Assembly (NCBI GenBank): GCA_023150835.1
Contig: JAKLKB010000019.1
Location: 1-64,000 of the forward strand
From: Myxococcota bacterium
GTDB lineage: Bacteria > Myxococcota_C > UBA6777
DNA: 64,000 bases
Direction: 5' to 3'
Position 1 is the stretch's first letter. Every line of letters starts with the position of its first letter. The position numbers and the translations under genes were made by a program. This document shows, piece after piece, positions 19,008 to 29,045 of this stretch. The notes under the pieces were generated by a model. It was not told the origin of the DNA, ran no database searches, and saw nothing but the letters and a program-made list of their open reading frames with translations.

Positions 19008-20603
19008 ATGTGGCATCGGTTTTTGTGGGGTTGGTTGGCGTGTTGGGGGTTGCTGGCATGGCCTTTTGTGAGCGTGATCTTTGCGCCGATCGTCGATCTC
19101 CCGCAGCAAGTCGCGCAACTACGATTGTGGTGGGGGCTGTCTGATTCTGCCCAACAGTCCTTGTATGTCAGCCACGCATGGTTCCCAAATCATCTTGCGT
19201 ATGTGTTTTTGGGCGCGGGATGGGGCATCGGGGGAGCCTTGGGCGCGGGACGCTGGGGGATGTGGCTGATCGGCGGCGTTTGGTTGGGGGGGCTGTTTGC
19301 TCTGGCTTGGCGTTTGAAACGTCCGATCTGGATGGCGGCGTTGTTGGGGATGTCTTTCTTTCATTTTGCGATGTATTGGGGGTTTTATAGTTTTTTGTTG
19401 GGGCAAGCTGTGTTTTTTGGAGGGCTTGCGTGGTGGCTACGCGAGCCTGAGACCCGAACCATGCACGCGGAGATCGTGGGAAGCGGCTGTTTGGGGATCT
19501 TGTTGTATGGAGGGCATGTGCTGTGGTGGGGCGTGGCGTTGGCCTTGGTGGGATTGGGTGGGCTACGTCATGGGTGGCGCTGGCGTTGGCGGCTAATTGG
19601 GCTGCTCCCTTCGTGCGTGTTGGTAGGGAGCTGGTGGGCCCAATGGAGCCATCTCGAACAAACTCGCCGCATCTTGTGGGGATGGCCTTGGACAGCGCGG
19701 TTGTCGCCCTCGTACATGGCGCACTTTTCGATGGGATCGGTGCAAGGATGGCTAGAACCGCTGTACCTCTGGAGCGTGGTGGCCCTTGTGGTCTTCGGGA
19801 TCGTGCAGTCGTGGCTACACAAAAACGAACCCCGCAAACCCAACGAGATCAGCAAGCCCAGCAAACCCAGCGGATCTATCGAAGCGATCGGAGCCAGCGG
19901 AGCCAGCGGAGCCAGCGAACCCAGCGGATCTTCGGAGGAGTCTTGGTTCAACGGGCGCTTGTTGCTGTGTGCTGCGGCCTTGTGGTGTCTGGTTCTTACC
20001 TTGCCTTCCACTTACCAACGGACCGCTTTTTTGGGCGAACGGTGGATGCCTTCGGTGTTTGTTCTGTTTGCCCTCTCTTGGCGTAGTCCACGCCTGACCG
20101 CCTCCCTGCGATGGGCTTTGCCAAGCCTTGCGTGGCTTGTGTGCGTTGGCTTTGTCGGATGGACCGCATGGATCTGGCAACACGTCGAACGCTCCGAGTA
20201 TGACGGAATGCACTCCGTCTTGCGCACGATCCCCCCACAACCTACCGTCCTCGGGATCGACCTTGGCCGACGCAGCGTATGGCTCAAGATCCATCGACCC
20301 TTTCTTCAAGGCTTCGCCTACACCCAAGTCGTCCACGGCGGGCGACTCAATGACTCCTTCGCTGGAATCCCCTCCAGCCTTGTGTTGTTTCGCCCCTCCG
20401 TCAAAAAGCCTTGGACCGAAGGACTCGGCTGGTATCCCCAACGCCTCCAATCCCACGACCTCGATCACTTCTCCCACATCGTTGTTTTTGGCTCACAAAC
20501 CCAACAACACCAATTCGCCCTGCGCTGGCAACTCCTCCCCCTCACTCACCAAGGGCGTTGGCGCTTGTACCTCCCGCCTCGTTCTCACCTTCGTTCCCCC
20601 TAA
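19008..20603 (+). CDS. Polytopic membrane protein, possibly GT-C-like transferase
   Basis: Many hydrophobic segments, N-terminal DLPQQ loop, soluble C-terminal domain. Confidence 0.55.
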   Translation: MWHRFLWGWLACWGLLAWPFVSVIFAPIVDLPQQVAQLRLWWGLSDSAQQSLYVSHAWFPNHLAYVFLGAGWGIGGALGAGRWGMWLIGGVWLGGLFALAWRLKRPIWMAALLGMSFFHFAMYWGFYSFLLGQAVFFGGLAWWLREPETRTMHAEIVGSGCLGILLYGGHVLWWGVALALVGLGGLRHGWRWRWRLIGLLPSCVLVGSWWAQWSHLEQTRRILWGWPWTARLSPSYMAHFSMGSVQGWLEPLYLWSVVALVVFGIVQSWLHKNEPRKPNEISKPSKPSGSIEAIGASGASGASEPSGSSEESWFNGRLLLCAAALWCLVLTLPSTYQRTAFLGERWMPSVFVLFALSWRSPRLTASLRWALPSLAWLVCVGFVGWTAWIWQHVERSEYDGMHSVLRTIPPQPTVLGIDLGRRSVWLKIHRPFLQGFAYTQVVHGGRLNDSFAGIPSSLVLFRPSVKKPWTEGLGWYPQRLQSHDLDHFSHIVVFGSQTQQHQFALRWQLLPLTHQGRWRLYLPPRSHLRSP

Positions 20604-20659
20604 ACCAACCACCACCACGACTCACGCAGTGGTTTTGGTCTTGACAGCCCGAGTGCCTG

Positions 20660-20970
20660 TTCGAAACCAGAATAAGCTCTTTGGTTTTCCAGACAGCTCA
20701 TCCGAAACCAGAATAAGCTGTTTGATTTTCCAGACAGCTCATCCGAAACCAGAATAAGCTGTTTGACTTTCCAGACAGCTCGTCCGAAACCAGAATAAGC
20801 TGTTTGACTTTCCAGACAGCTCATCCGAAACCAGAATAAGCTGTTTGACTTTCCAGACAGCTCATCCGAAACCAGAATAAGCTGTTTGACTTTCCAGACA
20901 GCTCATCCGAAACCAGAATAAGCTGTTTGACTTTCCAGATAGCTCATCCGAAACCAGAATAAGCTGTTTG
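20660..20970. repeat. Tandem array of ~7.5 copies of a 41-bp unit (TCCGAAACCAGAATAAGCTGTTTGACTTTCCAGACAGCTCA), no spacers
   Basis: Units start at 20660, 20701, 20742, 20783, 20824, 20865, 20906, 20947. Confidence 0.95.
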
Positions 20971-20979
20971 GACTGCGCA

Positions 20980-21094
20980 ATACGGTATCCGAGAGATCTG
21001 TGATCGAAGAAGAGCGCCCAGACGCCCTGTGCTTGGGCAGCCACAGGGGGCTGCCCCTACTTTTTTACGATCACACAATGGGCGGATTTCGTGG
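20980..21094 (-). repeat. Family 1 element (copy B)
   Basis: ATACGGTATCCG...GGGCAGCCACAGGGGGCTGCCCCTAC...GGCGGATTTCGT. Confidence 0.85.
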
Positions 21095-21137
21095 AACTCC
21101 TAACCAGAATGAGATCTTTGCCCAAAAAGCAAAGATC

Positions 21138-22034
21138 TCAAGATTTTTGGAGAGCGGCGAGGAAGATGGGTCCGTGTGGAGAGCGATCGGGGAGGATGTG
21201 GTAGCCGTGTTGGGTGGTTTCGGCGTAGGGTGGGAGATCGAGAGGGAGGAAGACGAAGGCGGAGGGTTTTTTGTGGAGCAAGCGGGCGAGGACGAGATCG
21301 TTTTCAAGGGGAGAGATGGAGCAAGTGCTGTAGAGGAGGCGTCCTTGGGGTTGGAGGACTTGGAGGGCGGAGGCGAGCATGGTGTATTGGCGTTGTGCGA
21401 GTTGTTTGGAGCGAGCGGGGGTCCAATCAAGAAGGAGAGAGGGTTGATGGAGGAGGTGGCGTTCGGAAGAGCAAGGGGCATCGAGAAGGATGTGGGTATA
21501 GGCGTTGGTTTGGTGGAGGCACCAGCGTTCGGCGTCGTGTCCCGTGATAGAGAACTGGCTGTGGAGGCTGGTTGGGAAGTAAGAATGGAGGACTTGGCGA
21601 AGGCGTTGTCGGCGTTGTGCGGAGCGGTCGTTGGCGGTGAGGTGGCCGTGAGGTCCGAGCATGGAGGCGAGGATGGCGGACTTTCCGCCGGGCGCAGCGC
21701 AGAGGTCGAGGATCTTGGCGTGGGGGGGAGGGTTTAAGGCCAAGGCCACCCAGACAGAGGCCGCATCGAGCAGATAAGCGCAGGGGATCCCTTGTGGATC
21801 GAGGGCGGGTGGAGGGAAGGTTGCGGCGGAATAGCAGCCGTTGGGGGCGTCGTGCGTGGTGGCGTCGGGTGGGAGCCAAGCAAGCGGGTCAAGAGAGGTG
21901 TGTGGATTCCACCAAGCGACGTGGTGCGAAGGAGCACACAAGGCTTCGCGCAAGAGCGGCCAGCGTTCGCCCCATTGTTGTTGATACCACGCATCAAACG
22001 CGGAAGGGCCTTTGGTGGTGTGTTGTTTTGGCAT
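21138..22034 (-). CDS. RsmB/NOP2/NSUN-family RNA m5C methyltransferase
   Basis: DLCAAPGGKS, DAPCS, YSTCS, END. Confidence 0.9.
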   Translation of the reverse strand: MPKQHTTKGPSAFDAWYQQQWGERWPLLREALCAPSHHVAWWNPHTSLDPLAWLPPDATTHDAPNGCYSAATFPPPALDPQGIPCAYLLDAASVWVALALNPPPHAKILDLCAAPGGKSAILASMLGPHGHLTANDRSAQRRQRLRQVLHSYFPTSLHSQFSITGHDAERWCLHQTNAYTHILLDAPCSSERHLLHQPSLLLDWTPARSKQLAQRQYTMLASALQVLQPQGRLLYSTCSISPLENDLVLARLLHKKPSAFVFLPLDLPPYAETTQHGYHILPDRSPHGPIFLAALQKS

Positions 22035-22042
22035 GGTGGAGA

Positions 22043-22948
22043 TCAGGGGGTGCTGGGGTGGAGACTGAGATGGGTTCGGACTTCCCAAAGGAGAGGGAAG
22101 CATTGCTTGTGGGTGGTGCGTTCGAGGTAGTCGACGCCGCTGGAGCCGCCCGTTCCGGGTTTGAGTCCGATAATGCGGGAGACGACACGGACGTGATGTT
22201 CGCGCCAGAGGGCGATTTGGGTATCGAGGTCGATCATGGATTCGGTGAGGAGATAGAGCGGCATTTGATCGAGGGGGTTGCGGTAGATTTGCAAGAGAAC
22301 GCGGAGGACACGTTCTTTGTTGTCGGGATGTTCGGCGAGGTGCTTGAGGTCGGTGTGTGGGGGGATATCCATTCCAAGGTCTCGGAGCATGGTGTAATAG
22401 ATCTCGCGCAGATCGGGTTCTTGGAGACGCTGTTCGAGACGGGACTTGAGATCGGGGCGGTCGTCAAAGAAGCGGAGATAGGCGGGGTTTTTGAGTCCCG
22501 CAAAGAATTCAAGTTCGCGGAACTGGATGGATTGAAAGCCGCTTGCGGGTTTGAGATGATCGCGGAAGCGCAAGAAGTCGACAGGGCGCATGGTTTCGAG
22601 GATATGGATCTGCTGGACAAGGACGCGCATGATCTGAACGCAGCGATCGAGGAAATGACGGGCTTGAAGGATATGCAGTTGGCGCATTTTTTCGGCGCAA
22701 TTGGTGAGTTCTTGGAGGATTAGCTTGAACCAAAGCTCGTAGGTTTGGTGGATGATGATGAACAACATCTCGTCATGTTCGGGCGGATCGGATTGGGGAA
22801 ATTGAAGTTGCAAAAGTTCTGGGACTTTTAGGTAGTCGTTGTAGGTCATCTCTGCGCGAGTGTAGCTGCGTAGCTGTTGGAGTTCGCTTTCTTCGGTGCG
22901 CGTGGTAGGATGGGTGGGCGGTGTCAGCGAATCGTGCGATCCAGTCAT
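22043..22948 (-). CDS. kynA: Tryptophan 2,3-dioxygenase
   Basis: HDEMLFIIIHQTYELWFK, ASGFQSIQFR, GTGGSSG. Confidence 0.95.
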   Translation of the reverse strand: MTGSHDSLTPPTHPTTRTEESELQQLRSYTRAEMTYNDYLKVPELLQLQFPQSDPPEHDEMLFIIIHQTYELWFKLILQELTNCAEKMRQLHILQARHFLDRCVQIMRVLVQQIHILETMRPVDFLRFRDHLKPASGFQSIQFRELEFFAGLKNPAYLRFFDDRPDLKSRLEQRLQEPDLREIYYTMLRDLGMDIPPHTDLKHLAEHPDNKERVLRVLLQIYRNPLDQMPLYLLTESMIDLDTQIALWREHHVRVVSRIIGLKPGTGGSSGVDYLERTTHKQCFPLLWEVRTHLSLHPSTP

Positions 22949-23073
22949 GTTCGTTCGGCTCCCTTGGACGTGGGTGGGTTTCGAGGCCGCCCATACCTAG
23001 CATGGATTGGATTTGAGTGGCAACGTGGATGGTTGGGAGATTGGAGCGCACGGAGCGCGCAAGGAGTGGATGG

Positions 23074-25698
23074 ATGTGTCGACGTGGTTTGGGTGGTTGG
23101 GTGGTTTTGTTGTGCTTGGGTTGTCTGGGCTGGTTAGGGGGGGTGGCTTGTGAGCCGCCCGCGTGTCCGCAGCCTTGCGTGTCAGGCCAGACCTGTGTCG
23201 CAGGGAAGTGTGTGGGAGGCGAGACGGCGGTCGAAGAAACAGGCGATGGCTCGACCAAGGAAGACACGCCGAAGGAAGATACGGAAGGGATCCCCGAAAC
23301 CAACGCGGATGGTGTGCCGCCGACGCTGTATCGCTGGAAAAAGGCAGAAAGCGGCGTGACGGTGGATCTGTGGGGGGCGTCGATGGTGGACAAAGATCAC
23401 GCATGGGTGGTGGGTGATCAAGGGACGATCTTGCATACGAAAAACGGCGGAGCGACGTGGGAGCGCCAAGGCTCGGGCGTTCAATCAGGGCTGCGCAGCG
23501 TGGCGTTTCTCAACACGAAACAGGGTTGGATCGTGGGGATGGCGGGGGTGATCTTGGCGACACAAGACGGCGGAGTGACGTGGAAAGCGATGGCATCGCC
23601 GGTCAAAGACAACTTGTATCGGCTCTTTTTTCCCAAAGGGGATCAAGATTACGGTTTTGCGGTGGGAGCGAAGTTTGCGATCTTGCAGACGACGGATGGT
23701 GGGAAGAGTTGGCAGTCAGCGGCCAAGACGCTGGATACAGATATGAACGGGGTGTTCTTTTTTGATCGGCAGATCGGGATCTTTGGTGGGGACAATGGTT
23801 TGATCTTGACGACGATCGACGGTGCAAAGAACTTCACGACGGCGTCGACGAGTACCAACGAGTATATCAACAGCATCTTTTTTCCGAGTACAGCGAAAGG
23901 TTGGGCGGTGGGGACAGGAGGGTTGTTTTTGGAAGGAGCGGAGCGTGGTTCGGGTTGGAGCAAGCGCGATCTGAAGACGACCAAAGAACTGTTTGACCTG
24001 TGCTTTTTGAGTCCGACACGAGGATGGATGGTGGGTGCGGATGGTTTGTTGTGGGGGACACGCGACGGGGCGCAAACATGGCTGCCCGAGACGACCGAGT
24101 CTGTACCGACCTTGCACTCGATTAGTGCGATCTCCGAGCAAGCAGGGGTGATCGTTGGGAAGCGTGGAACGATTATCGCGTTTTTGCCTGTTCAAGCGGA
24201 ATGTACGCCGGGGGGGGAGCGCGATTGTTATTCAGGCCCCGAAGGGACGAAAGGTGTGGGGATCTGTAAGAGTGGCAAACAAACGTGCGAGAGCAACGGA
24301 CAGTGGTCGGCTTGTAAAGGTGAGGTGACTCCCGCAGGAAAAGAAGTTTGTTTTAACAACGTAGACGACAACTGCAACGGAAAGCCCGATGAACAGGACG
24401 GATGCCCCGTTTGTCAGGACAACAGCAAACAGGTTTGCTATACCGATGAAAACAACAAGCCCGGCCCAGAGAACACGCAAAACATCGGTCTTTGCTTGAC
24501 GGGAGAACAAGTTTGCATCAACGGAAAATGGGGAGAGTGCGTGGGAGCGGTATTTCCAGCGCAAGAAGAGTGCAACGGAGAAGATGACGATTGCGACGGG
24601 CAAGTGGATGAAGCCAGCGATCTGACGTCACCGCCTGCTTGCGAAAAGAGTTTGGGCGTGTGCGCTGGGGCCAAACGGATCTGTGAAAAAGGCCAATGGA
24701 AAGCGTGCGAAGCGGCGCAGTATGGGGCGGAGTATCAAGAGAAAGAAGACAAGTGCGACGGCAAAGACAACGATTGTGACGGGATTATTGATGCGGGTTG
24801 CCCGTGTACAACGGAAGGCGAAAAGCGAGCGTGTTATGGAGGGGACACAGCCACCAAAGGGGTTGGAGAGTGCAAAGACGGCGCGCAAACGTGTACGGGT
24901 GGGAAATGGAGTAGCTGTGCAGGCCAAGTGTTGCCGAAGATGGAGCAGTGCGAGACGCAAAAAGACGAAAACTGCAACGGTCAAGTCGACGAGCGCAGCC
25001 AAGCAGCGTTGGTGTGCGGAAGCCAGCGTTATGTGCAAGTGGCGGCATCGGCAGATTTTGCGATGGAAAAGGCGTTGACGATCGAGGGCTGGTTTTTGTT
25101 TTCTTCGCTCGGGCGGCGCGATCCAACGCAGACGTTGATCTCGCGTTCGGAACAAGGGGGATATTCGCTGTCGATCGCTTCGATGACGCGGCAGATCACA
25201 TTTCGGATCTATCCGAAGGGAGGGACGGATTATATCACGCTGCCAGTGTCGTATTCGGGGCGGATCAGCTTGAACCGCTGGCACCATCTCGCCGCAACCT
25301 ACGAGGGAACGGTGATGCGGCTGTGGATCGATGGCAAGAAAGCAGGGGAGAAAGCGGTGACGACGGATATCGGTTATGGGCCATCGGTGCCGTTGTTGAT
25401 CTGCGCGGAATCAGGGCCGAACGGTCCAGAGATGCGTGCGCCATCGTATCTGGTCGGCCAAGTTGCGCAGGTGCGGATCTCGAACCAAGCCGCGTACAGC
25501 GCGAACTTTACGCCGCCTTGCAATATGACCAAAGAGGCTTCGACGGTGGCGCTGTGGTTGTTTGATGAGGGGACAGGCGACGTGTGCAAGGATGAAGTGG
25601 GAAAGAACAATGCGACACGACGGGCCGCGTATTGGCGAGAGGCGGTGCGTTGTTCGGGGTTTGTGGCGGGTGGGTGTTTTCCGTCGGTGGCTCCGTAG
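23074..25698 (+). CDS. Lipoprotein: YCF48/BNR-type beta-propeller, Cys-rich (ExCxxxDxDCDGxxDE) stalk, LamG-like domain
   Basis: VA-C lipobox; T.DGG.TW repeats; WHHLAATY and VALWLFDEG.G; AAGGAG RBS. Confidence 0.8.
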   Translation: MCRRGLGGWVVLLCLGCLGWLGGVACEPPACPQPCVSGQTCVAGKCVGGETAVEETGDGSTKEDTPKEDTEGIPETNADGVPPTLYRWKKAESGVTVDLWGASMVDKDHAWVVGDQGTILHTKNGGATWERQGSGVQSGLRSVAFLNTKQGWIVGMAGVILATQDGGVTWKAMASPVKDNLYRLFFPKGDQDYGFAVGAKFAILQTTDGGKSWQSAAKTLDTDMNGVFFFDRQIGIFGGDNGLILTTIDGAKNFTTASTSTNEYINSIFFPSTAKGWAVGTGGLFLEGAERGSGWSKRDLKTTKELFDLCFLSPTRGWMVGADGLLWGTRDGAQTWLPETTESVPTLHSISAISEQAGVIVGKRGTIIAFLPVQAECTPGGERDCYSGPEGTKGVGICKSGKQTCESNGQWSACKGEVTPAGKEVCFNNVDDNCNGKPDEQDGCPVCQDNSKQVCYTDENNKPGPENTQNIGLCLTGEQVCINGKWGECVGAVFPAQEECNGEDDDCDGQVDEASDLTSPPACEKSLGVCAGAKRICEKGQWKACEAAQYGAEYQEKEDKCDGKDNDCDGIIDAGCPCTTEGEKRACYGGDTATKGVGECKDGAQTCTGGKWSSCAGQVLPKMEQCETQKDENCNGQVDERSQAALVCGSQRYVQVAASADFAMEKALTIEGWFLFSSLGRRDPTQTLISRSEQGGYSLSIASMTRQITFRIYPKGGTDYITLPVSYSGRISLNRWHHLAATYEGTVMRLWIDGKKAGEKAVTTDIGYGPSVPLLICAESGPNGPEMRAPSYLVGQVAQVRISNQAAYSANFTPPCNMTKEASTVALWLFDEGTGDVCKDEVGKNNATRRAAYWREAVRCSGFVAGGCFPSVAP

Positions 25699-25798
25699 GG
25701 GTGTCGTGGGTGGGAGAAGATTTTGTGAGATCGTACTTGCGAAACGCATTTGGATGTGGTAGATAACCCGCCCAATGTTGAGGAGGCTCTCAACAAAA

Positions 25799-25885
25799 AC
25801 ACACACGTTCTTGCTGACTTGGAGGGGTGTTTGAGTGGCGATGCTCAGATTTCCAAGAAGCATGAGAGGACGTGGAGGCATAACC
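25799..25885 (+). promoter_or_regulatory. rpsB (S2) autoregulatory 5' leader
   Basis: ACACACGT...GGGGTG...ACGTGGAGGCATAACC resembles the conserved rpsB leader. Confidence 0.65.
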
Positions 25886-25923
25886 CGAAGATCCGAAGAG
25901 ATCGATTGAAGGAGAAAGATCGC

Positions 25924-26733
25924 ATGGCGATTACGATTCGCGAATTGTTGGAAGCAGGCGTCCACTTTGGTCACAAGACAAGTCGTTGGAACCCAAAGAT
26001 GCGTCCGTATATTTTTGGTGCGCGCAACGGCGTTCACATCGTGGACTTGCAGAAATCGGTTCGCATGTTCCGCCAAGCTTACGCGGTGGTGCGAGACGTT
26101 GTGGCGAATGGTCATGACGTGTTGTTTGTGGGGACGAAGAAGCAAGCACAAGACGTGGTGCGCGAAGAGGCCGAGCGTTCGGGCCAATACTTTGTGCAAA
26201 ACCGTTGGTTGGGTGGTACGTTGACCAACTTTGTGACGTTGAAGACGCGAGTGGAACATTTGAATAAGCTGGAGCAGATGTTCGAAGACGGGTCGGTGGT
26301 GAACTTGCCGAAGAAAGAGCAGCTGCTGCGCGACAAAGAGTCGGTGAAATTGAAGCGGAACTTGGGTGGGATTCAGCAGATGAAGAAACTGCCGGGCGCG
26401 ATCTTTTTGGTGGATCCCGGCAAAGATCGGCTTGCGGTGACGGAAGCGAACAAACTGGGGATTCCCGTGATCGCGATCGTGGATACCAACGCGGATCCGA
26501 CGATGATCGATTATCCGATCCCGGGCAACGATGATGCGATCCGTTCGATCCGATTGATCACGTCGACGATCGCCGAAGCGTGCATCGAAGGCCGTTCGTT
26601 GCGCAAAGAGCGTCCAGCCCAACCCGAGAAAGAAAAGAAAGCACGTCCCGCCCGTGCAGAACAAACCGAAGATGGACCGTCCGTGGACGTGCGTCCGATG
26701 CACCGCTACGGCGAAGAATATGAAGATGCCTAA
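25924..26733 (+). CDS. rpsB: 30S ribosomal protein S2
   Basis: [34 protein letters not shown]. Confidence 0.98.
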   Translation: MAITIRELLEAGVHFGHKTSRWNPKMRPYIFGARNGVHIVDLQKSVRMFRQAYAVVRDVVANGHDVLFVGTKKQAQDVVREEAERSGQYFVQNRWLGGTLTNFVTLKTRVEHLNKLEQMFEDGSVVNLPKKEQLLRDKESVKLKRNLGGIQQMKKLPGAIFLVDPGKDRLAVTEANKLGIPVIAIVDTNADPTMIDYPIPGNDDAIRSIRLITSTIAEACIEGRSLRKERPAQPEKEKKARPARAEQTEDGPSVDVRPMHRYGEEYEDA

Positions 26734-26748
26734 GAAAGGATAACGCAG

Positions 26749-27408
26749 ATGGCCGCTGTAACAGCAGGAATGGTGAAGGAACTGCGCGAGCGAACAGGCG
26801 CAGGGATGATGGATTGCAAGAAAGCCCTTGATGAGACGGCTGGTGATGTGGAAAAGGCCGTCGATTATCTTCGCAAAAAGGGCCTTGCTTCGGCACAAAA
26901 GAAGGCAGGGCGTATTGCGAGCGAAGGTGCGGTGGGTTCGTATGTGCATATGGGCGGAAAGATCGGCGTGTTGGTCGAAGTGAACTCGGAGACCGACTTT
27001 GTGGCGCGTTCGGAAGCATTTCAAGAGTTGGTGAAAGATCTGGCGATGCACATCGCGGCCTCTGCACCCGAGTATGTGCGCCCCGAAGATGTGCCGGCAG
27101 ACGTGGTGGCACGTGAGCGCGATGTGTTGATGGGGCAACCCGACTTGCAAAGCAAGCCACAAAACATCCGCGAAAAGATGGTCGAAGGTCGGATGGAGAA
27201 GTTTTATAGCCAGATCTGCTTGATGAACCAGATCTTTGTCAAAGACGACAAGAAAAAAGTCAGCGACGTGGTGACGGAAGCGGTGGCCAAGCTTGGGGAA
27301 AACATCCAAGTGCGGCGTTTTGCGCGGTTTGTGTTGGGTGAAGGGCTTGAGAAACGCGAAGACAACTTTGCGGAAGAAGTGGCGCGTCAAGCCGCATCAC
27401 AACAGTAA
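26749..27408 (+). CDS. tsf: Elongation factor Ts (short form)
   Basis: VKELRERTGAGMMDCKKAL, EVNSETDFVA. Confidence 0.98.
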   Translation: MAAVTAGMVKELRERTGAGMMDCKKALDETAGDVEKAVDYLRKKGLASAQKKAGRIASEGAVGSYVHMGGKIGVLVEVNSETDFVARSEAFQELVKDLAMHIAASAPEYVRPEDVPADVVARERDVLMGQPDLQSKPQNIREKMVEGRMEKFYSQICLMNQIFVKDDKKKVSDVVTEAVAKLGENIQVRRFARFVLGEGLEKREDNFAEEVARQAASQQ

Positions 27409-27498
27409 TCGAGCATCGAGTTTTTCATGGACGTATGCTGCGCCGAACCCACCCGCTACGAAGTGGGCAGGTTGTCGACGAAAGCATCGAAGAGATGG

Positions 27499-27538
27499 AA
27501 AAGGGCAGAGTTTGCAGAGGCAGACCTGCCCTTTTTTT
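27499..27538 (+). terminator. Rho-independent terminator after tsf
   Basis: AAAAGGGCAG...CTGCCC then T7. Confidence 0.75.
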
Positions 27539-27602
27539 GTGTGTGGTGCGAACCTGCGGTGATTGTGGGTTTGAGGAAGGCACAGAGGAAAAGGAGCGGC
27601 TC

Positions 27603-28343
27603 GTGAGCGCGTTGCGGTATCCGGTGGTCCTGTTGAAGTTGAGCGGAGAAGCCTTGAAGGGCCAAGAAGAGGGGGCCTTTTCGTCGGGAGTGATGGAGTT
27701 TTTGGCCGAACAGATCCGTGAAGTACATGAGATGGGAGTGCGGTTGGGGATCGTGGTGGGGGGAGGGAACTTTTTTCGAGGAGGGAAGGGTCAGAGAGCG
27801 TGGTTGGTGCGTGAGGTGGCGGACTCGATCGGGATGATGGCAACGATGATGAATGGTCTTGCATTGCAAGCGTTGTTGCGCCATCATCGTGTGCCTTGTG
27901 CGCTGTTTTCGGCGTTGTCGATGCCGGGGGTGATCCCGGGGTTTGATGGGTTGGCGATGCGAGACGCGCTCGACGAAGGGAAGGTGATCGTGTTTGCGGG
28001 AGGAACAGGGCATCCGTATGTATCGACGGATACAGCGGCGGCGTTTCGAGCGCAACAGATCGGAGCTTCGTTGTTGCTGAAAGCGACGCAAGTGGATGGT
28101 GTGTACAGCGCAGATCCGAAGGTGGATCCAAGCGCGAAACGGATGGCGCGGATCTCGTATTTGGATGTGTTGTCGCGTGATCTTCGCGTGATGGACGCGA
28201 CAAGCATCTCTTTTTGTCGGGAGTATCACTTGCCCGTCCTTGTGTGTGATGTATCACAGCGCGGCGTATTGGCGCGTGCAGTGCGCGGCGAGGACGTGGG
28301 AACATTGATTGAAGGCTCTGTTGGATTGGAGAACGAACGATGA
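27603..28343 (+). CDS. pyrH: UMP kinase
   Basis: LLKLSGE, VVGGGN, GTGHPYVSTD, VDGVYSADP, VMD. Confidence 0.95.
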   Translation: MSALRYPVVLLKLSGEALKGQEEGAFSSGVMEFLAEQIREVHEMGVRLGIVVGGGNFFRGGKGQRAWLVREVADSIGMMATMMNGLALQALLRHHRVPCALFSALSMPGVIPGFDGLAMRDALDEGKVIVFAGGTGHPYVSTDTAAAFRAQQIGASLLLKATQVDGVYSADPKVDPSAKRMARISYLDVLSRDLRVMDATSISFCREYHLPVLVCDVSQRGVLARAVRGEDVGTLIEGSVGLENER

Positions 28344-28897
28344 TCAACGATGTTGTGAACGAACTGAAAAACAAATGCAAAAGCTCGCTGGATGTGTTTA
28401 GCAAAGAACTCAGCCGGATTCGAACAGGTCGTGCGACGCCGACGCTGCTGGATGGGATCCGCGTGAGCTATTACGGGACGCTGACACCGCTCAACCAAGT
28501 GGCAAACATCGCGGTGGCGGAAGCGCGTTTGATCACGGTGTCTCCGTGGGAAAAAAGCCTGCTTGGAGATATCGAGAAGGCGATCCAAGCGTCGGATCTG
28601 GGCCTGACGCCAAGCAACGACGGGAAGATTATTCGGGTGCCGATCCCAGCGTTGACAGGAGAGCGGCGAAAAGATCTGGTGAAGCAGGTGAAGAAACTGG
28701 CCGAAGAATACAAAGTGACCGTGCGCGGCCATCGGCGGGACTGCAACGACGAGTTGAAGCTGTACAAAGACGAGAAGACGATCTCGGAAGATGAGTACCA
28801 TCGGGGCCTCAAGCGTGTGCAAGATGAAACAGATGTGTTCATCAAAAAAGTGGACGATGTGGGCGCTGAAAAAGAAAAAGAGATCATGGATTTCTGA
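28340..28897 (+). CDS. frr: Ribosome recycling factor
   Basis: IRTGRA, LGLTP.NDG, LTGERRK. Confidence 0.97.
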   Translation: MINDVVNELKNKCKSSLDVFSKELSRIRTGRATPTLLDGIRVSYYGTLTPLNQVANIAVAEARLITVSPWEKSLLGDIEKAIQASDLGLTPSNDGKIIRVPIPALTGERRKDLVKQVKKLAEEYKVTVRGHRRDCNDELKLYKDEKTISEDEYHRGLKRVQDETDVFIKKVDDVGAEKEKEIMDF

Positions 28898-29045
28898 ACG
28901 GTGAGAGGGTGCGCGGAGGGTGCAGACAGGGGAGGGTGGGTACGGTGAGGGGGACGCAGCAAGGTTGTGTTGAGCGGGCTGTTTCGGTTATGATCGTGCG
29001 CGGCATGTCTGTGGAGGACGCTGATCTGGAGATGGAGGCGTGGCG

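Noticed and set aside
20660..20970. CRISPR array
   Set aside because: Units abut with no unique spacers, and no cas genes are in the window.
25411..27390. 659-aa minus-strand ORF
   Set aside because: Antisense shadow of rpsB-tsf.
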